Virus record (IMG/VR): IMGVR_UViG_3300024254_000011
Location: 1-51,756 of that record
From: a virus
Lineage: Duplodnaviria; Caudoviricetes
Direction: 5' to 3' (one strand)
Length of the DNA stretch: 51,756 nt
Below the pieces are notes generated by a model. It did not search any database and was not told the DNA's origin. It saw only the letters and a program-made list of their open reading frames with translations. The translations under genes and the position numbers were made by a program. Of this stretch, positions 6,559-15,199 are shown piece after piece (within the stretch, counting starts at the first letter, position 1; every line of letters begins with the position of its first letter).

Positions 6559-8003
6559 CCGACCTCCCTCCACCAACCGATGAGCAAATCTCCATTCTAG
6601 AAAAGGTCTCCCTCACCGATGAAAATATCCTTATCAACGCTTTTGCAGGAACTGGCAAAACTACCACCCTCCAAATCATCCAAGAAGCCATCGGCGCTCA
6701 GCCAGTACTCTACCTCTGCTTTAATAAAAGAGTTGCTGACGAGGCTAAAGAGAAATTCCCGTCTTCGACGCTCGTTAGGACATTCAATTCACTCGGACAT
6801 AACATTTGGGCTAAAGCATGCGCTAGTAAGCTTACGCTTAATAGAAAGAAAACGCAAGAGAACTTGGCGGAGTTCATCCAATCGGTTCCAAGGACAGCGC
6901 AAGGACCAATGTGGGACTCTTACTGGGACGTTGTTAATGCAGTCGCTAGAGCCAAGGCGCTTGGATACGTTCCTGAAGGGAAATTCCCCCACGCCAAAAG
7001 ACTCATAACCCAAGAGGACTTCCATGCCTCCCTCGACGAAGAACCCGATGAGTTGGTTAAGGAGCTCGTGGACGAGGCCTTATTTACCTCAATCCAACAA
7101 GCTTATAAAGGGTACATTGACTTTAACGATCAGATTTACATGCCCGCGCTCTTCGGAGGCACGTACCCTAATTACCCAATTGTCAAAGTGGACGAAACGC
7201 AAGACCTCAACCCAACTAACCACGCAATGCTACATCAACTCGTTAAGCACCGTGTTATGGCAGTTGGGGACCCTTGGCAATCAATTTATGCTTTCCGAGG
7301 GGCGATGCAAGGTGGCATGGCATCGCTCAAGGAAAAGTTCTCGATGGTCGAAATGGACCTCTCCGTCTCGTTCCGCTGTCCGCAAGCGGTCGTCGAAGCG
7401 GCGAGATGGAGGGTCCCGCAGTTTAAGTGGATAAAGCCAGGAGGGCATGTTGAGAAGGTTAAGAAGCTGGATCAAAGAACCATTCCAGAAGGTGTGGACG
7501 AAGACGGTAAGCCATTGGCAGCGATTATCTGTCGAAACAACGCCCCGCTCTTTAAACTGGCACTTAATCTGCTTCGGGCTAAGCGTAGCGTTTCTGTTGC
7601 TGGTTCTGACGTTGGACCTAAAATAGTAGGGATTATGAAGAAGCTTGGGGACGGAGAGATGCCAAGGGCGGCGTTGGTTGATCGTATCCAAGAGTGGAGA
7701 GCAGAGAAGCTGGAGAGGCGTTCAACCTCTGCCAGCGACATTGCTGACTGTATGATCGTCTTCGCCTCCTTTGGTACCACCCTAACCCAAGCTGTCTCAT
7801 ACGCAGAGCATCTCTTCTCTCAGAAGGGGAAAATCCAACTCCTAACTGGCCATAAAGCCAAGGGCATGGAGTGGGATAGCGTCTACCATCTCGACCCTTG
7901 GCTAATCGGAGAAGAAGAGCAAGAGCTTAACCTGCGCTATGTTATCACCACTAGAGCTAAGGAAAGGCTATTTGAGGTTAACTCCCTCGATATAGAATGG
8001 TAG
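6555..8003 (+). CDS. Superfamily 1 (UvrD/Rep-like) helicase
   Basis: AFAGTGKT, VDETQD, VGDPWQSIYAFRG, SFRCP, TGHKAKGMEW, YVITTRAK motifs. Confidence 0.93.
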   Translation: MTDLPPPTDEQISILEKVSLTDENILINAFAGTGKTTTLQIIQEAIGAQPVLYLCFNKRVADEAKEKFPSSTLVRTFNSLGHNIWAKACASKLTLNRKKTQENLAEFIQSVPRTAQGPMWDSYWDVVNAVARAKALGYVPEGKFPHAKRLITQEDFHASLDEEPDELVKELVDEALFTSIQQAYKGYIDFNDQIYMPALFGGTYPNYPIVKVDETQDLNPTNHAMLHQLVKHRVMAVGDPWQSIYAFRGAMQGGMASLKEKFSMVEMDLSVSFRCPQAVVEAARWRVPQFKWIKPGGHVEKVKKLDQRTIPEGVDEDGKPLAAIICRNNAPLFKLALNLLRAKRSVSVAGSDVGPKIVGIMKKLGDGEMPRAALVDRIQEWRAEKLERRSTSASDIADCMIVFASFGTTLTQAVSYAEHLFSQKGKIQLLTGHKAKGMEWDSVYHLDPWLIGEEEQELNLRYVITTRAKERLFEVNSLDIEW

Positions 8004-8386
8004 CAATGAGCCTCCCAACCCACAGAGTATCGTATCAGGTGGAGTACGATATCCTAGACAAGGCCGTCTCTGATGAGGTCGGCGCTAGGATCAGGATGCC
8101 TTCTGTCGAGGCAGCCATCCACCTGCGGTCGAGAATTCACCAAGCTAGAAAGATCGACCGAGAAGAGAACAAGGATGCCTATGAAGAGGGCCATCCGATG
8201 CATGGGCAGTCGAACTACGACAAGCTCGTCTGTCGGATCAAATCCTCCAACAACCACACCTATCTCTATCTCGAGCAGCGCAACGCTGAGAACTTTGAAG
8301 TCGAACCCCTCAGCGAAGACCGCCCTGAGCCAATGCAGGTGCATGAAGTGGTTGTGACAGAAACCCTCAAGCGAAGGAAGTTCTAA
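7997..8386 (+). CDS. Hypothetical protein ending LKRRKF
   Basis: 129-aa ORF within the operon. Confidence 0.75.
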   Translation: MVAMSLPTHRVSYQVEYDILDKAVSDEVGARIRMPSVEAAIHLRSRIHQARKIDREENKDAYEEGHPMHGQSNYDKLVCRIKSSNNHTYLYLEQRNAENFEVEPLSEDRPEPMQVHEVVVTETLKRRKF

Positions 8387-8610
8387 TGGCCCAACCCCCT
8401 GATGAAGTCCTCATGATGCTATGGCAGCGCGCTGTCGAAGAGGAAATCGGCATCGGCATCGAAGTAACCGAAGGCGAACGGCGCTGGTTCGTCAACAACC
8501 TCTATCGAGTTCGGCAAGAGTTCGGTGACGAAGAGCTAGAGAAGATAATTCTCTTCCAACCACCAAAAGAGAACGAGATATTCCTATGCAAAAAGCAGAC
8601 GAGCCTCTAG
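8386..8610 (+). CDS. Hypothetical protein
   Basis: TAATG coupling. Confidence 0.7.
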   Translation: MAQPPDEVLMMLWQRAVEEEIGIGIEVTEGERRWFVNNLYRVRQEFGDEELEKIILFQPPKENEIFLCKKQTSL

Positions 8611-8747
8611 CTCGAACCACCATCAACCTTTACGAAAAAGACTATCATATCTTAAAAAGAAGGTATGGTTGGGGGTGGAGTGAGGTCGTTAGGGATAAGA
8701 TCAGAGAATGGCTGAGAAAGGAGCAGTTAGATGACCGAGGAAATTGA
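8586..8747 (+). CDS. Ribbon-helix-helix-like DNA-binding protein (53 aa, not in the ORF track)
   Basis: RTTINLYEKDYHILKRRYGWGWSEVVRDKIREWL fits the CopG/Arc strand-helix-G-S-helix pattern; fills an otherwise empty gap. Confidence 0.65.
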   Translation: MQKADEPLARTTINLYEKDYHILKRRYGWGWSEVVRDKIREWLRKEQLDDRGN

Positions 8748-8958
8748 CGTTCTAATGGACATTGATCCGACGGAAATGTCGGCGAAGAACATCGACGATA
8801 TCATCGAATACATGCGCAAGCAGCGTGGGTTCCTCGAGAAGGGAATAAAGCCGAAGAAGGCAGAAGGGCCGAAGAAATCCATCGACCTCGCTGCCTTAGG
8901 CCTCTCAAAGAAAGCAGAAGAGCCACCGCCAGCGCCAATGAAGAGGAGAAGCTGGTAA
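8731..8958 (+). CDS. Hypothetical protein ending MKRRSW
   Basis: AAGGAG RBS; 75 aa. Confidence 0.75.
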   Translation: MTEEIDVLMDIDPTEMSAKNIDDIIEYMRKQRGFLEKGIKPKKAEGPKKSIDLAALGLSKKAEEPPPAPMKRRSW

Positions 8959-9938
8959 TGGACGCAATGACCAAGGAACATTCTCCATTTATCGAAGGCA
9001 CCAACATCCAATACGCTTGGGACTCTACCTCCATCGGCTACCTCAAAACCTGCCCACGACTCTACCAGTACATCATGATCGAAGGCTGGACAGGCCGTGG
9101 TGAGAGCATCCATCTCCGTTTTGGCATCGAATATCACAAGGCATTGGAAGACTATGACCGCTCAAGGGCTACAGGCAACGAACACGAAGATGCACTTAGA
9201 AATACAGTTAGAGAATTGCTCATCCGAACAGCTGATTATAAACCTCCAGACGATGATGGCACTCGTGGAGAAAAACTTAAGACAAGAGAGGCCTTGGTTA
9301 GAACAGTCGTATGGTATCTCGATCAGTTTAAGGATGACGCCGCTAAGACAGTTATACTCTCCGACGGAAAACCAGCAGTAGAGTTAAGCTTTCAGTTCGA
9401 TCTAGATTGGGGTCCTCGTAGTGCTACGTACAAGGAAGGCAAGTTCAACACACCTGCGGGTCAGCCATACATTCTCTGTGGTCACCTTGACCGAGTCGTC
9501 GAATATATGGACTCACTCTACGTCATGGACAGAAAGACCACCACCACCACCCCGTCGGCTTATTACTTCAACTCCTTCGAGCCGAATAACCAAATGTCCC
9601 TCTACACCCTCGCCTCGCAGATCATCCTTGAGTCGCCGGTCAAAGGGGTTATCATTGACGCTGCTCAAGTTCTCACTGATAGCAGCAGGTTTGTACGTGG
9701 CTTTACTCAGCGCACTTCCGAGCAACTTGAAGAATTCACCAGGGACCTCGAATACTGGTTCAACCTTGCGGAAAGTTATGCAGAGGCCAATTACTGGCCG
9801 ATGAATGACACCGCCTGTGATAAGTACGGTGGTTGCCGGTTTAGAGATATCTGCTCCAAGTCCCCTCACGTCCGAGAGCAATTCCTTAAATCCTCCTTCG
9901 TAAAAGGTGAGAAATGGAACCCCCTCAAGGTGAGATGA
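8958..9938 (+). CDS. PD-(D/E)xK exonuclease (RecB/Cas4-like)
   Basis: CPR near the N-terminus, GHLDR...VMDRKT, QMSLY, C-terminal C..YGGC.F..IC. Confidence 0.85.
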   Translation: MDAMTKEHSPFIEGTNIQYAWDSTSIGYLKTCPRLYQYIMIEGWTGRGESIHLRFGIEYHKALEDYDRSRATGNEHEDALRNTVRELLIRTADYKPPDDDGTRGEKLKTREALVRTVVWYLDQFKDDAAKTVILSDGKPAVELSFQFDLDWGPRSATYKEGKFNTPAGQPYILCGHLDRVVEYMDSLYVMDRKTTTTTPSAYYFNSFEPNNQMSLYTLASQIILESPVKGVIIDAAQVLTDSSRFVRGFTQRTSEQLEEFTRDLEYWFNLAESYAEANYWPMNDTACDKYGGCRFRDICSKSPHVREQFLKSSFVKGEKWNPLKVR

Positions 9939-10126
9939 GGCTTATCCTACAGTTAGGTAAGTATAGAGTAACCGATCGAGAGAACAACCTAATGAAAATC
10001 GCCCTAGGTAGCTCCACCACCATGACCGTTATGCTCCCTGATAACGTTGACGTCAAGGCAGGGGACATACTAACCTTCTACACAGAGGTCTTCTATGCCA
10101 ACCCTAAACCACCACCAATCGAATGA
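9935..10126 (+). CDS. Hypothetical small beta protein
   Basis: ATGA overlap at 9935. Confidence 0.6.
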   Translation: MRLILQLGKYRVTDRENNLMKIALGSSTTMTVMLPDNVDVKAGDILTFYTEVFYANPKPPPIE

Positions 10127-10994
10127 ATACACTAAACTCCTGATCGAAGGAGACTCCGGCAGTGGAAAGACCGGCGCTCTCACGTCTTTGGTTCGAGAAG
10201 GCTTTAAGCTACGAATTCTCGATATGGACAATGGGCTTGAGACTCTCAAGCAGTTTATCCTTAAGGAGTGCCCTGAGAAGATCGAGAACGTTGAGTTCCG
10301 AACACTACGAGATAAGCGTAAGGCTAGTCCGATTGGCGCCATCATTGATGGACAGCCCAGGGCCTTCGTCCAAGCCTTAAACATGCTTGATAGATGGAGG
10401 TATACGAATGAAGATGGAACGACCACTGATCTTGGAGTACCAGCAGAATGGGGACCGGATTGTGTTCTTGTCATCGACTCCCTCACTTTTCTCGCTGATG
10501 CTGCCTTTGATTTCCGCGAACCGCTCACGGCGCAAAGCTCCAAAGGCGGGAAGTATGATATGCGAGCGGTCTACAAAGATGCGCAAGACGCTGTCGAGAA
10601 CGTCTTGGCCCTTCTAACCTCAGAAAGCTTTCGGACCAATGTCATTGTCATTTCACATATTCGGTATGTTGATAACCCTGATGGCACAAAGAAAGGATAC
10701 CCCACAGCCGTTGGATCAGCACTCTCTCCACAGATACCGCGTTACTTTAACAGTGTGGCGCTTTGTCAAACATCAGCCGGTGGAAAGAGAACTATCCAGA
10801 CTACAGCGACAGCAATGATCGACCTCAAGAACCCTAAACCCTTTGCGATGCTCCCTACCTACCCCATCGAAATCGGCTTAGCAGAGTTCTTTAAAGTTCT
10901 TCGTGAACAACCAAAGGAGGTTAAAGGCTATACACCATCGGCCTCGCCAGCCGTCCATAAACCCACACTCAAACCACTCATACGGAGAATATAA
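10095..10994 (+). CDS. P-loop ATPase, AAA_24/Sak4-like recombination protein
   Basis: GDSGSGKT, ILDMDNG, LVIDSLT, VIVISH; lies between the nuclease and SSB genes. Confidence 0.8.
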   Translation: MPTLNHHQSNEYTKLLIEGDSGSGKTGALTSLVREGFKLRILDMDNGLETLKQFILKECPEKIENVEFRTLRDKRKASPIGAIIDGQPRAFVQALNMLDRWRYTNEDGTTTDLGVPAEWGPDCVLVIDSLTFLADAAFDFREPLTAQSSKGGKYDMRAVYKDAQDAVENVLALLTSESFRTNVIVISHIRYVDNPDGTKKGYPTAVGSALSPQIPRYFNSVALCQTSAGGKRTIQTTATAMIDLKNPKPFAMLPTYPIEIGLAEFFKVLREQPKEVKGYTPSASPAVHKPTLKPLIRRI

Positions 10995-11465
10995 ATGACT
11001 GACGCTACATTCGGTTCCATTCTCGATACACCGGCTTCCGACGTTGAACGCCCAAAGCCGCTACCGGCAGGGACGTATCATTGCGTCGTAGACGGTCAAC
11101 CAAGGATGGATAAGACTACTAAGAAGGGAACCGAGTTTGTTGAGTTCTCTTTAAAACCAATGCAAGCCCTCGACGACGTGAATGAGGATGACCTCAAGGC
11201 CTCGCTCACTTCCGCTGATGGCTCGATCAAGCCGTTGGCCGATAAGCGTATCAGGGCCACCTACTATCTAACCCCTGACTCGCTCTACCGGCTGAAAGAC
11301 TTCCTCATCAACGACCTCGGGATTGAAGAGGGGAAGAAGAAAATCCGCCAACTCATCGGCGAGGCACAGAACAGACAAGTTCTGGCCGCTATCAAACTGG
11401 TACCGTCGGAAGATGGCACGATGCTCTACGCCAATCTTGCTAAGACAGCGCCAGTTGCAGAATAA
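10995..11465 (+). CDS. Putative ssDNA-binding protein (DUF669-like)
   Basis: PLPAGTYHCVV motif; position after the Sak4-like ATPase. Confidence 0.65.
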   Translation: MTDATFGSILDTPASDVERPKPLPAGTYHCVVDGQPRMDKTTKKGTEFVEFSLKPMQALDDVNEDDLKASLTSADGSIKPLADKRIRATYYLTPDSLYRLKDFLINDLGIEEGKKKIRQLIGEAQNRQVLAAIKLVPSEDGTMLYANLAKTAPVAE

Positions 11466-11541
11466 GCTACGGTAACCACCAACAACCGTAGCTTAGCGGC
11501 CCGGGGTTCAGCGTCAGGGATGGCAGTGACGCCCCGGGCCG
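11463..11541 (+). other. Tandem hairpins in the leader of the polymerase genes
   Basis: 11463-11473 pairs with 11485-11495; 11497-11506 pairs with 11532-11541, plus an inner CGTCA/TGACG helix. Confidence 0.6.
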
Positions 11542-11560
11542 TTCTAACCAAGGGAAGAAC

Positions 11561-12571
11561 ATGCAAATCGCAATCATAGGAGAAGCATGGGGTGAGAAAG
11601 AGGAAATCGAAAGGGCACCGTTCGTCGGTCCATCGGGCTATCTTCTCACGAGAATGTTGGATGAAGCTGGAATACAAAGAGCAGACTGCCTACTTACAAA
11701 TGTTTTTAACTTCCGTCCCGATGGTAACAAGATTGAGAGTCTCTGTGGGCCAAAGACGGAAGCTATTAAAGGTTTTCCAAGCCTTGGAAAAGGTAAGTTT
11801 GTGCAGGCGCAGTATATCCCCGAACTAGAAAGGCTAGCCAATGAGATTGTTGAATGTAATCCAAACGTTATCATTGCTCTCGGGAACACTCCTACTTGGG
11901 CTTTACTTGGGACAACTGGGATTTCTAAGATACGTGGAACCACAGCTTGGTCAACCCACACCGTCAGCGGCTACAAGGTGCTTCCCACCTATCACCCAGC
12001 GGCTGTCCTCAGACAGTGGGAATTGCGTCCAACAGTTATCATGGACTTTTTCAAAGCCAAGAGAGAAGCAACCTATCCAGAAGTAAGAAGGTTAGAGAGA
12101 ACCATCTGGATACAACCAACGATAGAGGACCTCTATGACTTTAAAAGAACTCAGATTGAAGGATGCGCAAGACTTGCTGTTGATATTGAAACAGCTGGAA
12201 ACCAAATTACCTGCATTGGGTTTGCTCCCAACCCCCGAGTGGCAATCGTTGTTCCCTTCGTGGACGGAAGAAGATTGGGTAAGAATTTCTGGGGAAATGC
12301 GAGCAGTGAACGTGCAGCTTGGAAATTTGTCAAGGACATTCTGGTGGACAGGTCGATTAGTAAGGTCTTCCAAAACGGACTCTACGATATCGCCTTCATC
12401 TGGAGAGCCACCGGGATAAAGACCTATGGAGCAGAGCATGACACTATGCTTCTTCATCATGCTTTGCAACCTGAGGCGCTGAAAGGATTAGGGTACCTCG
12501 GGTCGGTGTATACGGACGAGGGGAATTGGAAGCAGATGAGAAGGGTAGCGACGATAAAGAGGGACGACTAA
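11561..12571 (+). CDS. Family-4-like uracil-DNA glycosylase fused to the N-terminal part of a DEDD 3'-5' exonuclease (split DNA polymerase subunit)
   Basis: GEAWG, PFVGPSG, TNV, TYHPAAVLR (UDG); VDIET (ExoI), QNGLYD (ExoII), HDTM. Confidence 0.88.
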   Translation: MQIAIIGEAWGEKEEIERAPFVGPSGYLLTRMLDEAGIQRADCLLTNVFNFRPDGNKIESLCGPKTEAIKGFPSLGKGKFVQAQYIPELERLANEIVECNPNVIIALGNTPTWALLGTTGISKIRGTTAWSTHTVSGYKVLPTYHPAAVLRQWELRPTVIMDFFKAKREATYPEVRRLERTIWIQPTIEDLYDFKRTQIEGCARLAVDIETAGNQITCIGFAPNPRVAIVVPFVDGRRLGKNFWGNASSERAAWKFVKDILVDRSISKVFQNGLYDIAFIWRATGIKTYGAEHDTMLLHHALQPEALKGLGYLGSVYTDEGNWKQMRRVATIKRDD

Positions 12572-14058
12572 TGAAGATCATCGAAACCCACAAACTCGAC
12601 CCCTTATCCATCCCTCCAACCGAGAGGGACTGGGTCTATAACGGCTTGGACTGCTGTATCACTTCGGAGGTCCTAGACGTACTTCTCCCTCAATTAGACT
12701 GTCATACCTTAAAAACCTACGCATTTTCTAAATCGCTTCAGGGCCCGGCCTTAGAGATGAGATTGCGCGGGGTGAAGATCGATCGGTTTCGGAAGGCGGA
12801 AGTTATCGAGCATTACTTTCGGAAGCTAGATATGTTGGAGAGAAACCTCGAGCGGCTGGTACTTGAAGGCGTTGGGATGGAGGTCTTCAACTGGCGTAGC
12901 AACGACAACCTAAGGGAGCTCTTCTATGACCGTCTTGCAATTCCAGTTATTAAACGACAAGGGCGACCAACTGTTAACCGAGAGGCTCTTGAACGGCTCG
13001 AGTCCTACCTTATTGCCAAACCTATTGTTACGCATATCAAAGCAATGCGAGAACTTGGCAAGAAAATCTCAATGCTCAAAACCGAGATTGATCCTGACGG
13101 TAGAATGCGAACTGCTTACAACATCGCAGGGACAACTACTGGACGATTCTCTTCTTCCTTTTCTGAGTTCGGAACTGGAACAAATCTCCAGAACATTGAA
13201 GAAATCCTACGCTCTGTATTTATCGCCGATAAAGGAATGAAGATGGCCTATGTCGATGCACAACAAGGAGAGAGCCGTGTGGTTGGAGCTATTGAATGGA
13301 ATTTATTCCAAGATGCAAAGTACCTCGATGCCTGTGAAGGAGGGGACCTACACACTACAGTTGCGAGACTATGCTGGCCTCTTCTTTCTTGGACGGGTAA
13401 CCTTAACAAAGACCGATCCCTTGCAGAGCAGCCATTCTATAGACATTACGATCGACGCTTCATGTGCAAGAAGATTGGCCACGGCTCTAACTACGGTGGT
13501 AGGGCGAGAACACTTTCAAGTCAAGCTAAGGTTGACGTTAGAGTAATAGAAGAGTTCCAGCCGCTATACTTCAAAGCCTTTCCAGCACACAAAAGGTGGC
13601 ATCAACATGTTGAATTCACACTCCGATCTACTGGTAACATCATTAACCTTATGGGCCGCAAGCGGTGGTTTTTTGGTAGGAGAGATGACGACTCAACTCT
13701 TAGGGAGGCTATCGCCTACGACCCACAAGGAAGCCTTGCGGACATACTTAATAATGGGTTGCTTAACGTGTGGCATTGCCGTGATGCAGAACTATTGATG
13801 CAGATACATGACGCTGTACTCGTACAGTATCCAGAAGAGAGAGAAGATGAAATCATCCCGAAAATCCTCGAGCAGTTAAAGTACCCAATCCAACTAAATC
13901 ATAACCGGGATTTCCTAATCCCTTATGACTGCAAGGTAGGTTGGAATTGGGGGAAGTATGATGCTAAAGAAAATCCAGACGGACTTAAAACCTATATCCC
14001 GGGTGACAAACGGAAGCGCTCTAAGGAAATGTCAATCTTGGATAGAGAGTTTTATTGA
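12571..14058 (+). CDS. polA: Family A DNA polymerase (ExoIII plus polymerase domain)
   Basis: YNGLD (ExoIII), TTTGRFSS, NLQNI, DAQQGESR (motif A), RFMCKKIGHGSNYG (B), QIHDA (C); TAATG start. Confidence 0.93.
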   Translation: MKIIETHKLDPLSIPPTERDWVYNGLDCCITSEVLDVLLPQLDCHTLKTYAFSKSLQGPALEMRLRGVKIDRFRKAEVIEHYFRKLDMLERNLERLVLEGVGMEVFNWRSNDNLRELFYDRLAIPVIKRQGRPTVNREALERLESYLIAKPIVTHIKAMRELGKKISMLKTEIDPDGRMRTAYNIAGTTTGRFSSSFSEFGTGTNLQNIEEILRSVFIADKGMKMAYVDAQQGESRVVGAIEWNLFQDAKYLDACEGGDLHTTVARLCWPLLSWTGNLNKDRSLAEQPFYRHYDRRFMCKKIGHGSNYGGRARTLSSQAKVDVRVIEEFQPLYFKAFPAHKRWHQHVEFTLRSTGNIINLMGRKRWFFGRRDDDSTLREAIAYDPQGSLADILNNGLLNVWHCRDAELLMQIHDAVLVQYPEEREDEIIPKILEQLKYPIQLNHNRDFLIPYDCKVGWNWGKYDAKENPDGLKTYIPGDKRKRSKEMSILDREFY

Positions 14059-15199
14059 GCATAAAGCTAGCTTGGAGTCAGCGCCGATATTCCGCCGGTG
14101 GGCGGCAATAGCGACGATCAGCGCTGTCTTAGAGCAGAAGGTCCATGTGTGGACTAACGGTCCGCTCTTCCCTAACCTGTACGTCTTCTTAGTAGGTCAT
14201 CCGGGGGTAGGGAAGACGAGGACTATTATGGCTGCTAGGAGCTTCGTCAACGACCTAGCTGACTTTCATATAGCGCCGACCTCGATGACAATGGCGGCGC
14301 TGGTTGATTGTATGCTTGTCTCTAAGCGGTCTATTATGGACTCGGAGATGAAGCCGTTCGACTTCCATTCCTTATCTATCTACGCCGATGAGCTATCAGC
14401 CTTTATGCACAAGTTCGACGACGAATTGATCGGCGGGCTTACAACCTTCTACGACGTGGTAGTTCCTTACGGCCAACACCGTCGAGGGAAGGATATCAAG
14501 ATCAAGATAAAGAACCCACAGCTTAACATCCTCTGTGGCACTACCCCCTCCAACCTGATGAAGTTCATGCCAGAAGGTGCGTGGGATCAAGGGCTCACTT
14601 CCAGAGTTATCATGGTGTTCTCTGACGAAAGGATTATAGGAGATATCTTTGCCCCATTCGACCGTGCTATACCCAAGGATATGCTGTCTGATATAGCGAA
14701 AATCCATGCCCTCAACGGCGTCTTCGTAGTAACAGAAGAGTTCAAAGCCGCTATCAACGCCTGGAGATTAGGAGGGCAGCTACCAGTTCCAACGCATCCA
14801 AAGCTTCTTCATTACAACACCAGACGGTTAACCCATCTATTCAAACTCTCAATGGTATCCTCAGCCGATAAAGGCGATAGCCTTATCCTAACAATGGAAG
14901 ACTTCAACCGCGCAATGTCTTGGCTAATCGAAGCCGAGTCGTTTATGCCGGAGATATTTAAAGCTGGCGGTGTGCTTGCGGATGCAAAGGCGATGGACGA
15001 AATCTACCACTTCGTACTCGTTGGTGGTGGAGAGAAAGGTCTTGGAGAACATCAGATTATGAACTTCGCCAAAGAGCGGCTCCCTATCCATAGCTGTTAC
15101 AACGCGATTAAGCTTATGGAAGGCAGTGGCCTTATCAAAGCAATAGGTGTTGATAAGGCCACTGGGTTGCGTAGGTTTGTGGCTCTGCCGAAGCATTAA
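13958..15199 (+). CDS. DUF3987/YfjI-like P-loop ATPase, putative replicative helicase (start uncertain, possibly GTG 14003)
   Basis: PNLYVFLVGHPGVGKT, IYADE, LNILCGTTP, GLTSR. Confidence 0.75.
   Translation: MMLKKIQTDLKPISRVTNGSALRKCQSWIESFIEHKASLESAPIFRRWAAIATISAVLEQKVHVWTNGPLFPNLYVFLVGHPGVGKTRTIMAARSFVNDLADFHIAPTSMTMAALVDCMLVSKRSIMDSEMKPFDFHSLSIYADELSAFMHKFDDELIGGLTTFYDVVVPYGQHRRGKDIKIKIKNPQLNILCGTTPSNLMKFMPEGAWDQGLTSRVIMVFSDERIIGDIFAPFDRAIPKDMLSDIAKIHALNGVFVVTEEFKAAINAWRLGGQLPVPTHPKLLHYNTRRLTHLFKLSMVSSADKGDSLILTMEDFNRAMSWLIEAESFMPEIFKAGGVLADAKAMDEIYHFVLVGGGEKGLGEHQIMNFAKERLPIHSCYNAIKLMEGSGLIKAIGVDKATGLRRFVALPKH

Noticed and set aside
12475-12600. Intron or intein explaining the polymerase split
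   Set aside because: There is no intervening sequence, the ORFs overlap by TAATG, and no intein terminal motifs are present.
626-14707. Many antisense and alternate-frame ORFs in the track
   Set aside because: They are shadows of well-supported genes, without RBS or protein-like motifs.
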